DNA of 51,530 nt from Bdellovibrionota bacterium (GTDB taxonomy: Bacteria; Bdellovibrionota_C; UBA2361; OMII01): contig JBIIEK010000002.1 in the NCBI GenBank assembly GCA_044237895.1, positions 1 to 51,530 on the forward strand, written 5' to 3'. A model generated the notes under the pieces. It was not told where the DNA came from. It worked only from the letters and a program-made list of their open reading frames with translations, and did not search any database. Every line of letters starts with the position of its first letter. Within the stretch, counting starts at the first letter, position 1. Of the stretch, positions 1 to 9,611 are shown in pieces. The translations under genes were made by a program, and so were the position numbers.

Positions 1-458
1 ACGGAATCGGGGGGGGGTATCAAGGCGCCGGAGGAAAGACCGTTCTCCCGGCATATGGAATGGTAAAGATCTCAAGCCGGATCGTTGTAGGACAAGATCC
101 TGATAGGGTGCTCGAATCGATCAAGCGTTACTTCAGAGAGTCGTGCCCTGTCGGTGCGCGAGTGGAGTTCTCAGATGAAAGTGTTGGAGGAAAAGCGTTC
201 CGACTTTCAGTCGATACGCCTGTGGTAAAGGCGGCTGAGAAGGCGATTCAGGCAGAGTTCTCGCGCGAGCCCGTCTATCTTTGGGAGGGCGCGACAGTGC
301 CTATCATCCCAGAACTTGCGGCGACCTCCGGTGGTGAGCCGATCTTAGTGGGTTTTGGGTTGGCCACTGACCAGATCCATTCGCCGAATGAGTCGTTCTC
401 TCTTCGCCAGCTCGAAGAGGGATTCCGGTATGCGGCAGCATTTTTGCAGGTAGTATAA
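1..458 (+). CDS. M20/M25/M40-family metallopeptidase (dipeptidase-like), C-terminal part; the 5' end lies outside the window
   Basis: The frame of ORF 60..458 stays open back to nt 3 (GIGGGYQGAGGKTVLPAYG then MVKISSRIV...). The GGKT..P and HSPNESF patterns near the C-terminus are typical of M20 dipeptidases. Confidence 0.7.
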   Translation, partial: GIGGGYQGAGGKTVLPAYGMVKISSRIVVGQDPDRVLESIKRYFRESCPVGARVEFSDESVGGKAFRLSVDTPVVKAAEKAIQAEFSREPVYLWEGATVPIIPELAATSGGEPILVGFGLATDQIHSPNESFSLRQLEEGFRYAAAFLQVV

Positions 459-463
459 GTAGT

Positions 464-1723
464 ATGAGTAGGGTTCCACTCGCAGAACGATTGCGACCTA
501 GCTCCCTTGAGGAGTTTTCAGGCGTAGACGCCCTCGATCCCTCTTTCGTCTCACAACTTCGCGCCGGCAAAGGAAGGATCCCTTCCGTTATTTTGTGGGG
601 GCCTCCGGGCTGCGGTAAGACCACCCTCGCGAAGCTGATTGGGCGGATGTATGACTGCGAGTTCGTCGAGCTGTCCGCGGTTCTTGCCGGGGTTAAAGAT
701 GTGCGTGAAGTGGTTGAGGTCGCTCGGGAGCGAGAGAGGCCAACGCTCCTCTTGGTAGATGAGATTCATCGGTTCAATAAAGGTCAGCAGGATGCTTTTT
801 TGCCTCACGTTGAAGCGGGGACGATAGCACTTGTTGGAGCGACTACTGAGAACCCCTCGTTTTTTCTCACAGCGGCGCTCCTCTCCCGATGTCGTGTCAT
901 CGTTCTTAAGCCGCTCTCGGTTGAGGCGCTGGAGCGCGTCTGTGCTCGCGGGGAAGAGGAGCTCTCCCTCTCGCTGTCGGCGGATTCTCGCAAGCTCTTT
1001 CAAGAGGCGTGTGGAGGAGATGGTCGCAGGCTTCTAAATCTTCTTGAGGCGTTTAACGATTCCATTCAAGGGACGAAGAGTGATGATGAGGCGGTTCATC
1101 GTTTTCTCAAGAGCGCAGGGGTTCTCGCCTATGATAGGGATGGTGAGGAGCACTATAACATCGCGTCAGCCTTCATTAAGAGCCTGCGCGGTTCGGATGC
1201 TGACGCTGCGCTCTATTGGGGCTTCCGGATGTTGGAGGGGGGCGAGGATCCTCGCTTCCTTATCCGTCGGCTCGTGATCTTCGCTGCGGAGGATATTGGA
1301 AACGCCGATCCTCGGGCGCTTCAAGTTGCGGTATCAACGCTTCAAGCATTTGAGTTGATCGGATTGCCCGAGGGGAGAATTCCGATCTCTCAGTGTATCG
1401 CATACTTGGCGACCGCTCCTAAATCTAATCGTAGTTACATCGCACTTCATAAGGCATTAAATGCCATCAAACAGAATCCGAATGCACCGGTACCGATGCA
1501 TCTGCGGAATGCGCCGACGAGTCTTATGAAGGGCCTTGGATACGGTGATGGGTATGTGTATCCGCATGATCAGCCCTATGGCTACGCTCCTGGAGTCGAG
1601 TATCTCCCGAAAGGCATCGTGGGGCGTCCCTTCTATGAGCCGAGTGATCGCGGCAATGAAAAGACTATCGGCGATCGAATGGAGTGGTTGAAGCAGGTAA
1701 CTGCGAAGAAGGCCGCCTCGTAA
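464..1723 (+). CDS. rarA: Replication-associated recombination protein A (AAA+ ATPase, MgsA/RarA)
   Basis: Walker A GPPGCGKTT and Walker B LLLVDEIHRFNK are present. The MgsA C-terminal region is recognisable (YDRDGEEHYNIASAFIKSLRGSD, HLRNAPT, GYGDGYVYPHD). Confidence 0.9.
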   Translation: MSRVPLAERLRPSSLEEFSGVDALDPSFVSQLRAGKGRIPSVILWGPPGCGKTTLAKLIGRMYDCEFVELSAVLAGVKDVREVVEVARERERPTLLLVDEIHRFNKGQQDAFLPHVEAGTIALVGATTENPSFFLTAALLSRCRVIVLKPLSVEALERVCARGEEELSLSLSADSRKLFQEACGGDGRRLLNLLEAFNDSIQGTKSDDEAVHRFLKSAGVLAYDRDGEEHYNIASAFIKSLRGSDADAALYWGFRMLEGGEDPRFLIRRLVIFAAEDIGNADPRALQVAVSTLQAFELIGLPEGRIPISQCIAYLATAPKSNRSYIALHKALNAIKQNPNAPVPMHLRNAPTSLMKGLGYGDGYVYPHDQPYGYAPGVEYLPKGIVGRPFYEPSDRGNEKTIGDRMEWLKQVTAKKAAS

Positions 1724-1759
1724 GCGTGCGTGTGTCGAGTGTACTGACGCGTAGGGCGC

Positions 1760-2362
1760 CTACCTTGCATCGGATTCTTTATAGCGGAAACAGGAATCCT
1801 CATGGTCGTTCACAAGTCCGGTCGCTTGCATGAACGCGTACATGATCGTTGAGCCAACAAAAGTGAATCCACGTTTTTTAAGATCTTTCGAGAGGCTGTC
1901 TGACTCGGGAGATGTAGCCCGGTAGGTCGCTCGCGAGAGTTTGCCTGGGGCTCTCAGGGGAGCACCGTCTACGAAGCTCCATAGATAGTCTGAGAAGCTC
2001 CCTGAGGTCTCTTTAAGCGTAAGGAGGGCGCGCGCGTTTTTCATTGCGCCCTCGATCTTAAGGCGGTTTCGAATGATGCTGGGATCCAGCATGAGTCGTT
2101 GCACGTCACGTTGAGAGAAACGAGCGATCTTTTCGGCGTCGAAGTTTTCGAACGCTGAGCGGTATCCCTCGCGTCTCCTAAGGATAGTAAGCCATTGAAG
2201 ACCCGCTTGTGCGCCTTCCAGGATGAGCATCTCAAAAAGGAGGGCGTCGCTGTACACGGGAACGCCCCATTCGTTGTCATGATACGACATATAAAGAGGG
2301 TCGTTTGTACACCAGAAGCAGCGAGATAGTGAATCAGATTGAGGCTTCGGTTTGACGGGCAT
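1760..2362 (-). CDS. tag: DNA-3-methyladenine glycosylase I
   Basis: Contains CFWCTNDPLYMSYHDNEWGVP and LILEGAQAGLQWLTIL, which are characteristic Tag family motifs. Length is 200 aa. Confidence 0.9.
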   Translation of the reverse strand: MPVKPKPQSDSLSRCFWCTNDPLYMSYHDNEWGVPVYSDALLFEMLILEGAQAGLQWLTILRRREGYRSAFENFDAEKIARFSQRDVQRLMLDPSIIRNRLKIEGAMKNARALLTLKETSGSFSDYLWSFVDGAPLRAPGKLSRATYRATSPESDSLSKDLKKRGFTFVGSTIMYAFMQATGLVNDHEDSCFRYKESDAR

Positions 2363-2365
2363 CGC

Positions 2366-2806
2366 TTATCGCTCGATGAGGATCGTTGTTGGTCCGTCGT
2401 TCACGAGGGAGACCTCCATCATCGCCCCGAACTTTCCCGTAGCAACCTTTTTCACGCCGGTGTTTTTAAGCGCGCTGACGAACGTATCGTACATCACGCG
2501 AGCCTGCTCCGACTCCATCGCTTGGCCGAAGTCGGGCCGGCGCCCCTTAAGCGTATCCCCGTAGAGGGTAAATTGAGAAACCGCTAAGATCTCTCCGTCG
2601 CTCTCAATGACATCTTTGTCGAAGTAGCTCTTGTCGCTTGGAAAGACCCTCATCTTGATGATCTTCTCAACCACTGGCGCGATAAGGTCCTCAGAATCAC
2701 CCTTCGCGAATCCAACGAGGAGCATGAGGCCTTTGTCTATTTGGCCGGCCAGGACCCCATCGGCGTGAACGGATGCTCGGCTAACCCTTTGAAGAATGAT
2801 TCTCAT
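2366..2806 (-). CDS. dtd: D-aminoacyl-tRNA deacylase
   Basis: 146 aa. Contains MRIILQRV...G..IDKGLMLLVGF and SQFTLYGDT..GRRP, plus the C-terminal NDGP.T motif, all typical of Dtd. Confidence 0.92.
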   Translation of the reverse strand: MRIILQRVSRASVHADGVLAGQIDKGLMLLVGFAKGDSEDLIAPVVEKIIKMRVFPSDKSYFDKDVIESDGEILAVSQFTLYGDTLKGRRPDFGQAMESEQARVMYDTFVSALKNTGVKKVATGKFGAMMEVSLVNDGPTTILIER

Positions 2807-2897
2807 AGCCCCACAATAGCCTATAACTCCTCAACATTTAAAGCGTCCTTCTTGTATAGCAGGGCTCAATTACATACCATACCGCTGGGTCCTCCCT

Positions 2898-4382
2898 ATG
2901 TTGAAGCAGAACTGGCGCCTTATCTCTCGATTAGAACGGCTTGGTGATAACCTTATCATCGTAGCCTCGTTCTTTCTGGCCTACTACGGCCGAGACTCGC
3001 TTGTTTTCTGGAATGATATTCTCGACCTCAATATCCCCTTCGATGGGGATATTCTCGCTCCCATCAAGGACTATTTCCTGGTCTTGCTCGTTGGGCTGAT
3101 CGGATACGGAGCCACCCTAAATCTCATGGGTGCCTATGGTAGTATGCGTCTCAGTTCGGTGCTGCGACTTTTTAGGATAGCACTGGTGAGTGGCGTGATA
3201 GTGTTCGTCTTGCTCGCTGCTACCTTGTATCTCTTCAAATTAGACATCAGCCGCTCATTTCTCGCGCTGTTTGTCGTGTTAAGCTCGTGTGGTCTAACGC
3301 TGGAACGCTATACGGTGTTTAAGCTTCTCAGGATCTGGCGCCGACGGGGGCGTAATTTCCGAAATGTTGTCATCTGTGGAGTAGGGGAGCAGGCCGTTAG
3401 ACTCACCCGTGAACTCATGAGGCGCCCAGAGTTGGGCCTTCACATCCGCGCGTTCGGAGACCTCCGTCGTCCTGATATGCATCAGGAGGCGCACATTCGG
3501 CAGCTGCGTTGCGATCTTCAGGGCGTGGTGCAGGTAGGGCGAGTGCTCATCGGACGGGATAGTATCTCGAAAGCTCTAGAAGATTACGCCATCGACGAGG
3601 TTATATTTACCGACGTGGTGGAGGTAATGCCTGAAATTGAGGAGATGGTTTTGGTGTGCGCGGAGCAGGGGGTTCGCACAACCATCGCAGCGGATCTTTT
3701 CAGCATAGGACTGATCAAATCGGGTATTAGCTATTTTGGAGGGATGCCGCTTATTCACTTCCAGACCCCGCCGGGTGATTCGTGGGAGCTTGCCGTGAAG
3801 CGGTGTATCGACGTCGGTGTGGCAGCGTGTGCCCTCGTTCTGTTGTCCCCCGTGTTTCTCTTTTTGGGCCTCGGAGTCAAAACAACGAAAGGGGAGATCC
3901 TCTTTAGGCAGACGCGCGTCGGTTTAAACGGGCGCCTTTTTCAGATGTTGAAATTCCGGTCGATGCATTCGGGGTCTGAAAAGGACCTCGAACGATTGTT
4001 AGCGTACAACGAGATGCGTGGACCGGCATTTAAGATGAAGGATGATCCCCGAGTCACAGCATTCGGTCGTTTCATGCGACGATTTAGTTTGGATGAGCTC
4101 CCGCAGTTCTGGAACGTTCTTCTCGGCGATATGAGTCTGGTGGGCCCCCGGCCCCCCGTTCCGGGTGAAGTGGGGTTGTATGAACGCCGTTCTCGACGCC
4201 GTTTGTCGATGCGTCCGGGATTGACGTGCACGTGGCAGGTGAGTGGACGTAACGACATTAAAGATTTCGACTCATGGGTTAAGCTTGATCTGGATTACAT
4301 CGATAATTGGTCGCTCGTGGGCGACCTCGTGCTTCTCTTGAGAACAATACCTGCTGTCCTAATCGGTACAGGTGCCCGTTAA
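2898..4382 (+). CDS. Polyprenyl-phosphate glycosyl-phosphotransferase (bacterial sugar transferase, WbaP/WcaJ-like)
   Basis: N-terminal multi-TM region, central linker, and a C-terminal catalytic domain with KFRSM, DPRVT.FGRF.RR.SLDELPQFWNVL.GDMSLVGPRP. Confidence 0.85.
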   Translation: MLKQNWRLISRLERLGDNLIIVASFFLAYYGRDSLVFWNDILDLNIPFDGDILAPIKDYFLVLLVGLIGYGATLNLMGAYGSMRLSSVLRLFRIALVSGVIVFVLLAATLYLFKLDISRSFLALFVVLSSCGLTLERYTVFKLLRIWRRRGRNFRNVVICGVGEQAVRLTRELMRRPELGLHIRAFGDLRRPDMHQEAHIRQLRCDLQGVVQVGRVLIGRDSISKALEDYAIDEVIFTDVVEVMPEIEEMVLVCAEQGVRTTIAADLFSIGLIKSGISYFGGMPLIHFQTPPGDSWELAVKRCIDVGVAACALVLLSPVFLFLGLGVKTTKGEILFRQTRVGLNGRLFQMLKFRSMHSGSEKDLERLLAYNEMRGPAFKMKDDPRVTAFGRFMRRFSLDELPQFWNVLLGDMSLVGPRPPVPGEVGLYERRSRRRLSMRPGLTCTWQVSGRNDIKDFDSWVKLDLDYIDNWSLVGDLVLLLRTIPAVLIGTGAR

Positions 4383-5059
4383 GAGCTCAGTTTTCTATTA
4401 AGCCTCTCGAAGTCGAGTGATTGTGCGACATCAAGGAGTGCAGAGGAGTCTTTGCAATGCTCGACCTCGATGTTAACGAGGGAGTGCTCCGATACATCGA
4501 CTACCATTGAACAACGTCCGATTTTTGACTCATAGAGCACCCCTTTGGCGCCCTTTAATTCGTAGGTTTTCTCCGCGACCACCTCTAGGGTAGGGGGACG
4601 ATATTTGCGGAAAAGATTGAACACGTTGGTCGTGACCAGGGGCTCCGTGCTTGGGTGAGGCACCAAGACCGTTATCACGATCTCGATCCGCTTTTCGTTA
4701 ATCAAATTGACCTCAGCCCACACATGGTCACGATTTCTTCCGGAGCGTGGACGTTCTGACCGATAATACGAGAGCTTTGTTCCAAGCCAGTTAAGGAGGA
4801 CCTTCCCGCTATCGTGAGTTTCCCACACCATCGCGAAGTTTGAATTCGGATCCATTCCAGTGGTCCATTGATTCCCCTTAACTCCCATCCCCTTGGCGGT
4901 GCCCTTCTTATTCATCTCGAACTCTCTCATCGTTCGGGAATCCATAAGGTTCTGCAGATTTTCGGCGGAGACTATCTGGGGACGAGTTATTGAGAGGGCT
5001 GTGAAGGAGATAGCGATTAGTCCCGTAATCATGCCGAGGTGAAGTCGAGAGTGGGTCAC
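4379..5059 (-). CDS. Hypothetical secreted protein
   Basis: N-terminal hydrophobic signal-like segment (GLIAISFTALSITRPQIVSA). No recognisable domain. The stop overlaps the stop of the convergent gene by 4 nt. Confidence 0.5.
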   Translation of the reverse strand: MTHSRLHLGMITGLIAISFTALSITRPQIVSAENLQNLMDSRTMREFEMNKKGTAKGMGVKGNQWTTGMDPNSNFAMVWETHDSGKVLLNWLGTKLSYYRSERPRSGRNRDHVWAEVNLINEKRIEIVITVLVPHPSTEPLVTTNVFNLFRKYRPPTLEVVAEKTYELKGAKGVLYESKIGRCSMVVDVSEHSLVNIEVEHCKDSSALLDVAQSLDFERLNRKLSS

Positions 5060-5072
5060 GCAAGCTCCTCAG

Positions 5073-5876
5073 TTAATCGGGATTAACATCATCAGCTGTG
5101 CGGGTAGTTGAGAGGCGCTTCCGAAGGCGCCCCAGTCGCGTCGCTGGACCGTTGCTCTGTTTGATGCAGAAATTCTCAAGTGACTCAATGAGTCCCTCTT
5201 CTCCACCCTTAGCAAAGGTGTGCGCTAGATCCGCTGCGCGAGCGAGGGCAGCGACTGCGTTCGGCAATGCTCGCTTAGCGGTTTCGAATTGCTGCGCTTG
5301 TCGAAATACCGTAGCGAGGCGGTCCACGCTCGTCATCATCATCGCCACGAGTGCTTCGTTTCGGTCCTTGGCTCCGAGCACCCTATCTGATATCGGTTCA
5401 CCCTTGGTAGCTTGGATCACGGCATGGTCTACGGCTTCAAAGGTAAATGGTTTTACGAGGTATCCCCGTGCGCCAACCACGAGCAGATCAAAGACATCGT
5501 CCACGCTCGGATTCACGGATGCGGGAAGAGCGATAATACGACTATCGATTTCGAATACCTTGGTGAGCCACGCTTTGAGTGGGTAGTTGGTAATTTTCTT
5601 CGCATCGAAGATGACGTGAGAGAATTGTCGACCAGAGATCTTATCCAGAGCTATATGGTGCGAAGGAGCATCTGAGAGGCTCGTGAAGCCGAGGCTCTTA
5701 AGCGCCTCCCTCATATAATTGGCCTCGCCGGGATCGCTTTCGACCACGAGGATCGTGCAAGCGGCTTTCTCCGCCGGGCTCATTTTGAGGGTCGTATCCT
5801 TCATACAGTAACTAAGATCTCCCGTTCTCATCGGAGAGCGGAGAGTGCTCTCGTCGGACCGCCTTCCTCGGCTCAC
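5073..5876 (-). CDS. Response-regulator receiver-domain protein with an uncharacterised C-terminal domain
   Basis: Receiver pattern ILVVESD ... HVIFDAKK ... IIALPAS ... YLVKPF is present. The roughly 110-aa C-terminal region has no recognisable output domain. The start is uncertain (GTG at 5876, or internal ATGs). Confidence 0.65.
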   Translation of the reverse strand: MSRGRRSDESTLRSPMRTGDLSYCMKDTTLKMSPAEKAACTILVVESDPGEANYMREALKSLGFTSLSDAPSHHIALDKISGRQFSHVIFDAKKITNYPLKAWLTKVFEIDSRIIALPASVNPSVDDVFDLLVVGARGYLVKPFTFEAVDHAVIQATKGEPISDRVLGAKDRNEALVAMMMTSVDRLATVFRQAQQFETAKRALPNAVAALARAADLAHTFAKGGEEGLIESLENFCIKQSNGPATRLGRLRKRLSTTRTADDVNPD

Positions 5877-6002
5877 TCATCTGGTTCGAGAGAGAGGCGG
5901 AGTTGTGGCACGTTAGACGCGACGTAGACTTTCTTTTCCTAGTTAGCTAGTCGGAACAATTATGTAGGCCCTAAAGGGGTTTGCTCACAAGGCCTTGGGA
6001 AT

Positions 6003-6704
6003 TTAGCCGCAGATGCTAAATGTCTTGTTATGCAGCGCGGTTACCCTAGGTGAAACACTTACCAGGGTCACCTTGGCTTGGTTTCCTAAGCGCTCTAAGA
6101 CGGTAGAGCTGGAGCAGGGATTGAATCCCATGCTGGTAACGACCCTGAGGGCCAGAGCATCCGCCTCGAGCTCTTCTCGTACGCCAGCGTTTTTGTCGTG
6201 TTTGAGGGCGATATGGGCGAGTTCATGCGCTATCACGAACGCTATCTCCGATGTATCGCGCGTTCGAGCGAGTAGGGAGCGCGTGATGACAACGATCTTC
6301 TGGTTTTCAGCAAAGGCGTTAACGGTTTTTAAATCGCTGATGTGAAGTAACGAGGCAAGGTTGTAGCCGAGCGTGCTGTAATGCCGCTCTACTTTTTTGA
6401 AGAGTTTGTTGAGTTCAGGATCGACGGGTATTGAGAACGTTTTTGTGGGGATCGTCGCGCGCGAAAGTCCAGAGAAACGACCTTTTTCGAACACCGCTCT
6501 CAGGAGAGGTGTCCTGTAATGGTCTTGGCTGGAAGCCGCGCGGCATTGGTAGATCGGGGTGTCTTGGGAGAGATACTCAGGGAGCGGGAGTAGGGTTACA
6601 CTCGGTAGCGTTACCGGTTCTGCCTGGGCTTTAGGGCAGGGGAAGTGGGCGCACAATCCGATCAAGAAACCGACGGATACGACCCGAAGGAGCCTTTTGG
6701 CCAT
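6003..6704 (-). CDS. Secreted M48-like zinc metallopeptidase
   Basis: Signal-like N-terminus and an HExxH motif in AFVIAHELAHIALKHD with a downstream acidic residue (EELEAD). Confidence 0.7.
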   Translation of the reverse strand: MAKRLLRVVSVGFLIGLCAHFPCPKAQAEPVTLPSVTLLPLPEYLSQDTPIYQCRAASSQDHYRTPLLRAVFEKGRFSGLSRATIPTKTFSIPVDPELNKLFKKVERHYSTLGYNLASLLHISDLKTVNAFAENQKIVVITRSLLARTRDTSEIAFVIAHELAHIALKHDKNAGVREELEADALALRVVTSMGFNPCSSSTVLERLGNQAKVTLVSVSPRVTALHNKTFSICG

Positions 6705-6952
6705 GTGGACTCTTCAAAACCAGGTAGTAGATCTCCAAGAGGGGCCCCTACCTAAACCGTATATAACGCCGCTAAGTGCCCATATTCTTTCGTCCGACCC
6801 TTGCCGACCCGATCAAATTAAGTTCACACTAACGACAGGCACCCGCTGTCTCGAATGAAGCGTGACCGATTCACCCGATACGGTTAGGATGCCGCAACCT
6901 ACAGGACGATTATACCATCGTGCTGCTGATAGGTTCAATCTTTAGGTAACTC

Positions 6953-7552
6953 ATGAGCCAACAAGGAAAAAAAGAGATGCGGCGCGAGGTTAAGCTTGTG
7001 CTCGCTAATCTTGATAAGCGCTGGCAAGCGGCCGCGCACGGCGAAGTATGTCGTAGGGCGCTCAGTATCATCCAAGATGAGAGAGAGGAGCCTGTTACAG
7101 ATGTGCTCGCGTGGATTCCCAATTTTGCGGGAGAGGTTGATCTCGCCGGCGTCATCGCCGAAACGCTTAAAACTCGAAGGGTTTTCCTTCCGCGCGTTGA
7201 GGATGACGGCGGAATGTCGTTCATCCAAGTGGGTTCAGAGTGGGCCTCACAGCTTGAGCGCGGGCATCGGAACGTCACGCAGCCCAAAGCGGATACGGGG
7301 GCAGACCTGCGAGATGTTGAGTGCGGCCGCATTGCGGTTCTCGTGCCAGGGCTCGCCTTTGATCTGACCGGCGCTCGACTCGGACGAGGAGGGGGATACT
7401 ATGATAGGTTTCTCGCGAGGCATGCTGATTCTAACCTGCTCACGATAGGTATCTGCTGGTCGGTTCAGGTCGTTCCGCTTGTGCCAACGGATCCGCACGA
7501 TTTGCGAGTTCAATGGTTGTGTCACGAGCGAGAGGCCACGCGAGTATTTTAG
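6953..7552 (+). CDS. 5-formyltetrahydrofolate cyclo-ligase
   Basis: Family signature GLAFD..G.RLGRGGGYYDRFL. Length is about 200 aa. Confidence 0.85.
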   Translation: MSQQGKKEMRREVKLVLANLDKRWQAAAHGEVCRRALSIIQDEREEPVTDVLAWIPNFAGEVDLAGVIAETLKTRRVFLPRVEDDGGMSFIQVGSEWASQLERGHRNVTQPKADTGADLRDVECGRIAVLVPGLAFDLTGARLGRGGGYYDRFLARHADSNLLTIGICWSVQVVPLVPTDPHDLRVQWLCHEREATRVF

Positions 7553-7566
7553 GACAGAAAGGAAGT

Positions 7567-8388
7567 ATGATGACAACCCCAGCAAAGAGCCCGCAAAATC
7601 TCCGAGTACTCGTTTTGGGGGACGTTGTCGGTCGTCCAGGTCGTCAGGCTGTGGAGCGTGTTGTGCGACCACTCAAGCAGAGCTTAGAGATCGACCTCGT
7701 GATTATTAACGGCGAAAATTCAGCTGGTGGGGCGGGGATAGATGCCGGGACGGCTTTAGATCTGAAAAAATCGGGAGCCGATATTATTACCCTTGGCGAC
7801 CACGCGTTTCAAAGAAAAGGCGTAGCGGAGTTTCTCGATAAGAATGGAGAGTGGTGTATCAGGCCCTGTAATTTTCCCGAACAGACGACGCCCGGTCGAG
7901 GATGGTGTGCGTGGACGGCCCCCGATGGAACACAGGTAAGGGTGATCAACGTGATGGGGCGCGTTTTTATGGGCGGTTCTATTGATTGCCCATTCCGGTG
8001 CATGAGTGCGTTCCTCGACTCGATACCAAAGGATTCCTCGTGCATCACTATCTGTGATCTTCACGCCGAGGCGACTTCGGAGAAGTGGGCCATGGCTCGG
8101 CATACCGATGGAAGGCTCTCTCTCCTCGTCGGGACTCACACACATGTCCAGACCTCTGATGCTCAGATCCTTCCGGGAGGGACGGGATACATCACCGATT
8201 TAGGTATGAGTGGAGCTAACACCGGTGTGATCGGGATGGATGCAAAGGTTGCGCTTCGCCGATTCCTTTCTCCTACGCCCGCTCCATATGAGATTGCGGA
8301 GGGAGAGGGGATCGTTCACGGCATTCTCGCTGACATTGATCGCAGGAGTGGAAAGACCGTATTCATCCGTTCAGTACAGGAACGCTAG
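7567..8388 (+). CDS. ymdB: TIGR00282/YmdB-family metallophosphoesterase (2',3'-cyclic-nucleotide phosphodiesterase-like)
   Basis: Contains LRVLVLGDVVGRPGR, VIINGENSAGGAGI, TLGDHAF, DLHAEATSEK and GTHTHVQTSD. The ORF opens at 7513, but the ATG at 7567/7570 follows AAAGGAAG and clears the upstream gene. Confidence 0.88.
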   Translation: MMTTPAKSPQNLRVLVLGDVVGRPGRQAVERVVRPLKQSLEIDLVIINGENSAGGAGIDAGTALDLKKSGADIITLGDHAFQRKGVAEFLDKNGEWCIRPCNFPEQTTPGRGWCAWTAPDGTQVRVINVMGRVFMGGSIDCPFRCMSAFLDSIPKDSSCITICDLHAEATSEKWAMARHTDGRLSLLVGTHTHVQTSDAQILPGGTGYITDLGMSGANTGVIGMDAKVALRRFLSPTPAPYEIAEGEGIVHGILADIDRRSGKTVFIRSVQER

Positions 8389-8727
8389 GATCCGTGTCAT
8401 TGCTAGGCATGAACTCGGTTCAAGCCCCGCCACGAGAGAACGTTGTTATGGTCGGTAAAATGCTTGGGGCCCGAGGCGCTTTTTTTAACCATAATCAGTG
8501 CCGTCTTGAGCGATCGTCGCATCATAGAGTCATTGAGGCGTAAAGGAGAGGGAGTCGAAGGAACGTTCCCCTCTTGTTCAGAGATCAATATCAGTACGCT
8601 TTGGTCGGACCTTTCACACCTTGCTGTCGCGCATTACCTCACACGGACGTTAGGAAGAGAAGTACTTGGAGTGTCGCCGCATTTGAGCGTCGATCTTCAT
8701 TGACGATTTTTTTCAAGGGTCTCGCTT

Positions 8728-9600
8728 ATGAGCATGCTTCGACGAACCGCACTCTCACTCGCTCTTGCCGCTTCTTTTCTGCCACAGGCAGTGTTCTCGC
8801 AAGAGGTGCTTCCCTATGATAATGGGCTTGAGGATTATCATCCTTCTCCTCGTTACAGAGAGTCTGAGTCGCATCCGCTTCGTATCGTCGCCTATGCTCT
8901 TCATCCGATAGGCTGGGTGCTTCGAGAGGTGATCTTTCGACCTCTCAGCTACTTCGCTTCCTCGACTCCTGAGACTCGTTCTGTAATGGGGTACCGTGAG
9001 CCATACGATTACCGGAAGCCGTCGTGCTTTTCAGCGAAAGATATTACACCAGATTGCCGCCAGATCGTTCCGTTTGATTACGACAAGAGAGGCGTAGGGT
9101 CAGTTGAGGCTCCAGGAGGCGATCAAGGACAGGCGATTTATTTCCCAGATACCAATTTCGATTTTAATTCGCGCACGTTGAGCGCTCTTGGAAAGGCGAA
9201 GGTCAAGACTGCGGCTGAAATTCTCAATCGCGAGGGTGGGGTGAAGGTCGTTTTGGAAGGTCATACTGACGCCCGCGGAAGCGATAAATACAACGAGAAG
9301 CTTGGTCTTGATCGTGCAGAGGCCGTGAAAGCTGAGCTCGTACGGCTCGGTGTTTCGGCTGATAGATTGGGTACGGTTAGCTTTGGTGAGAGTCAGCCGC
9401 TCTTTACCGAGGCTGAGGATTGGGCCTACTCCGCGAATCGTCGGGTTGAAGTTCATGTTGGTGACAAACCTGCAGAGGTTGCACCAGTGAAGGAAGCACC
9501 TGCTGCCCCAGCAAAGCTACCGGAAGCCCCTAAGGCCCCCGTAAAAGCTAAGAAGGACGTCAAAGACGTGAAAGACGCAGCAGCGGCGAAGACGAAATAA
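8728..9600 (+). CDS. OmpA-family peptidoglycan-binding protein with a Lys/Ala/Pro-rich C-terminal tail
   Basis: Signal peptide, then an OmpA_C pattern: FDFNS..L, LEGHTDARGSDKYNEKLGLDRAEAV and NRRVEVHV. The tail reads KPAEVAPVKEAPAAPAKLPEAPKAPVKAKKDVKDVKD. Confidence 0.85.
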   Translation: MSMLRRTALSLALAASFLPQAVFSQEVLPYDNGLEDYHPSPRYRESESHPLRIVAYALHPIGWVLREVIFRPLSYFASSTPETRSVMGYREPYDYRKPSCFSAKDITPDCRQIVPFDYDKRGVGSVEAPGGDQGQAIYFPDTNFDFNSRTLSALGKAKVKTAAEILNREGGVKVVLEGHTDARGSDKYNEKLGLDRAEAVKAELVRLGVSADRLGTVSFGESQPLFTEAEDWAYSANRRVEVHVGDKPAEVAPVKEAPAAPAKLPEAPKAPVKAKKDVKDVKDAAAAKTK

Positions 9601-9611
9601 CCTACTCGGGT

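Noticed and set aside
551-1003. Long antisense or overlapping ORFs throughout the track, for example 551..1003, 5098..5586, 12672..13070, 25287..26024, 25915..26577, 33366..33890, 36592..37047, 43731..44198, 49195..49725 and 50968..51444.
   Set aside because: Each lies inside or opposite a gene with strong family motifs. Their translations are Arg/Ser/Pro-rich shadow products typical of GC-rich DNA.
8417-8433. GGTTCAAGCCCC + GCCAC resembles the T-arm and acceptor 3' half of the tRNA-His at 17474. It could be an att-site remnant.
   Set aside because: Only about 17 nt match, with an indel, and no cloverleaf can be built. The interval to the real tRNA contains core genes (pyk, dprA), so an island bounded by these sites is implausible.
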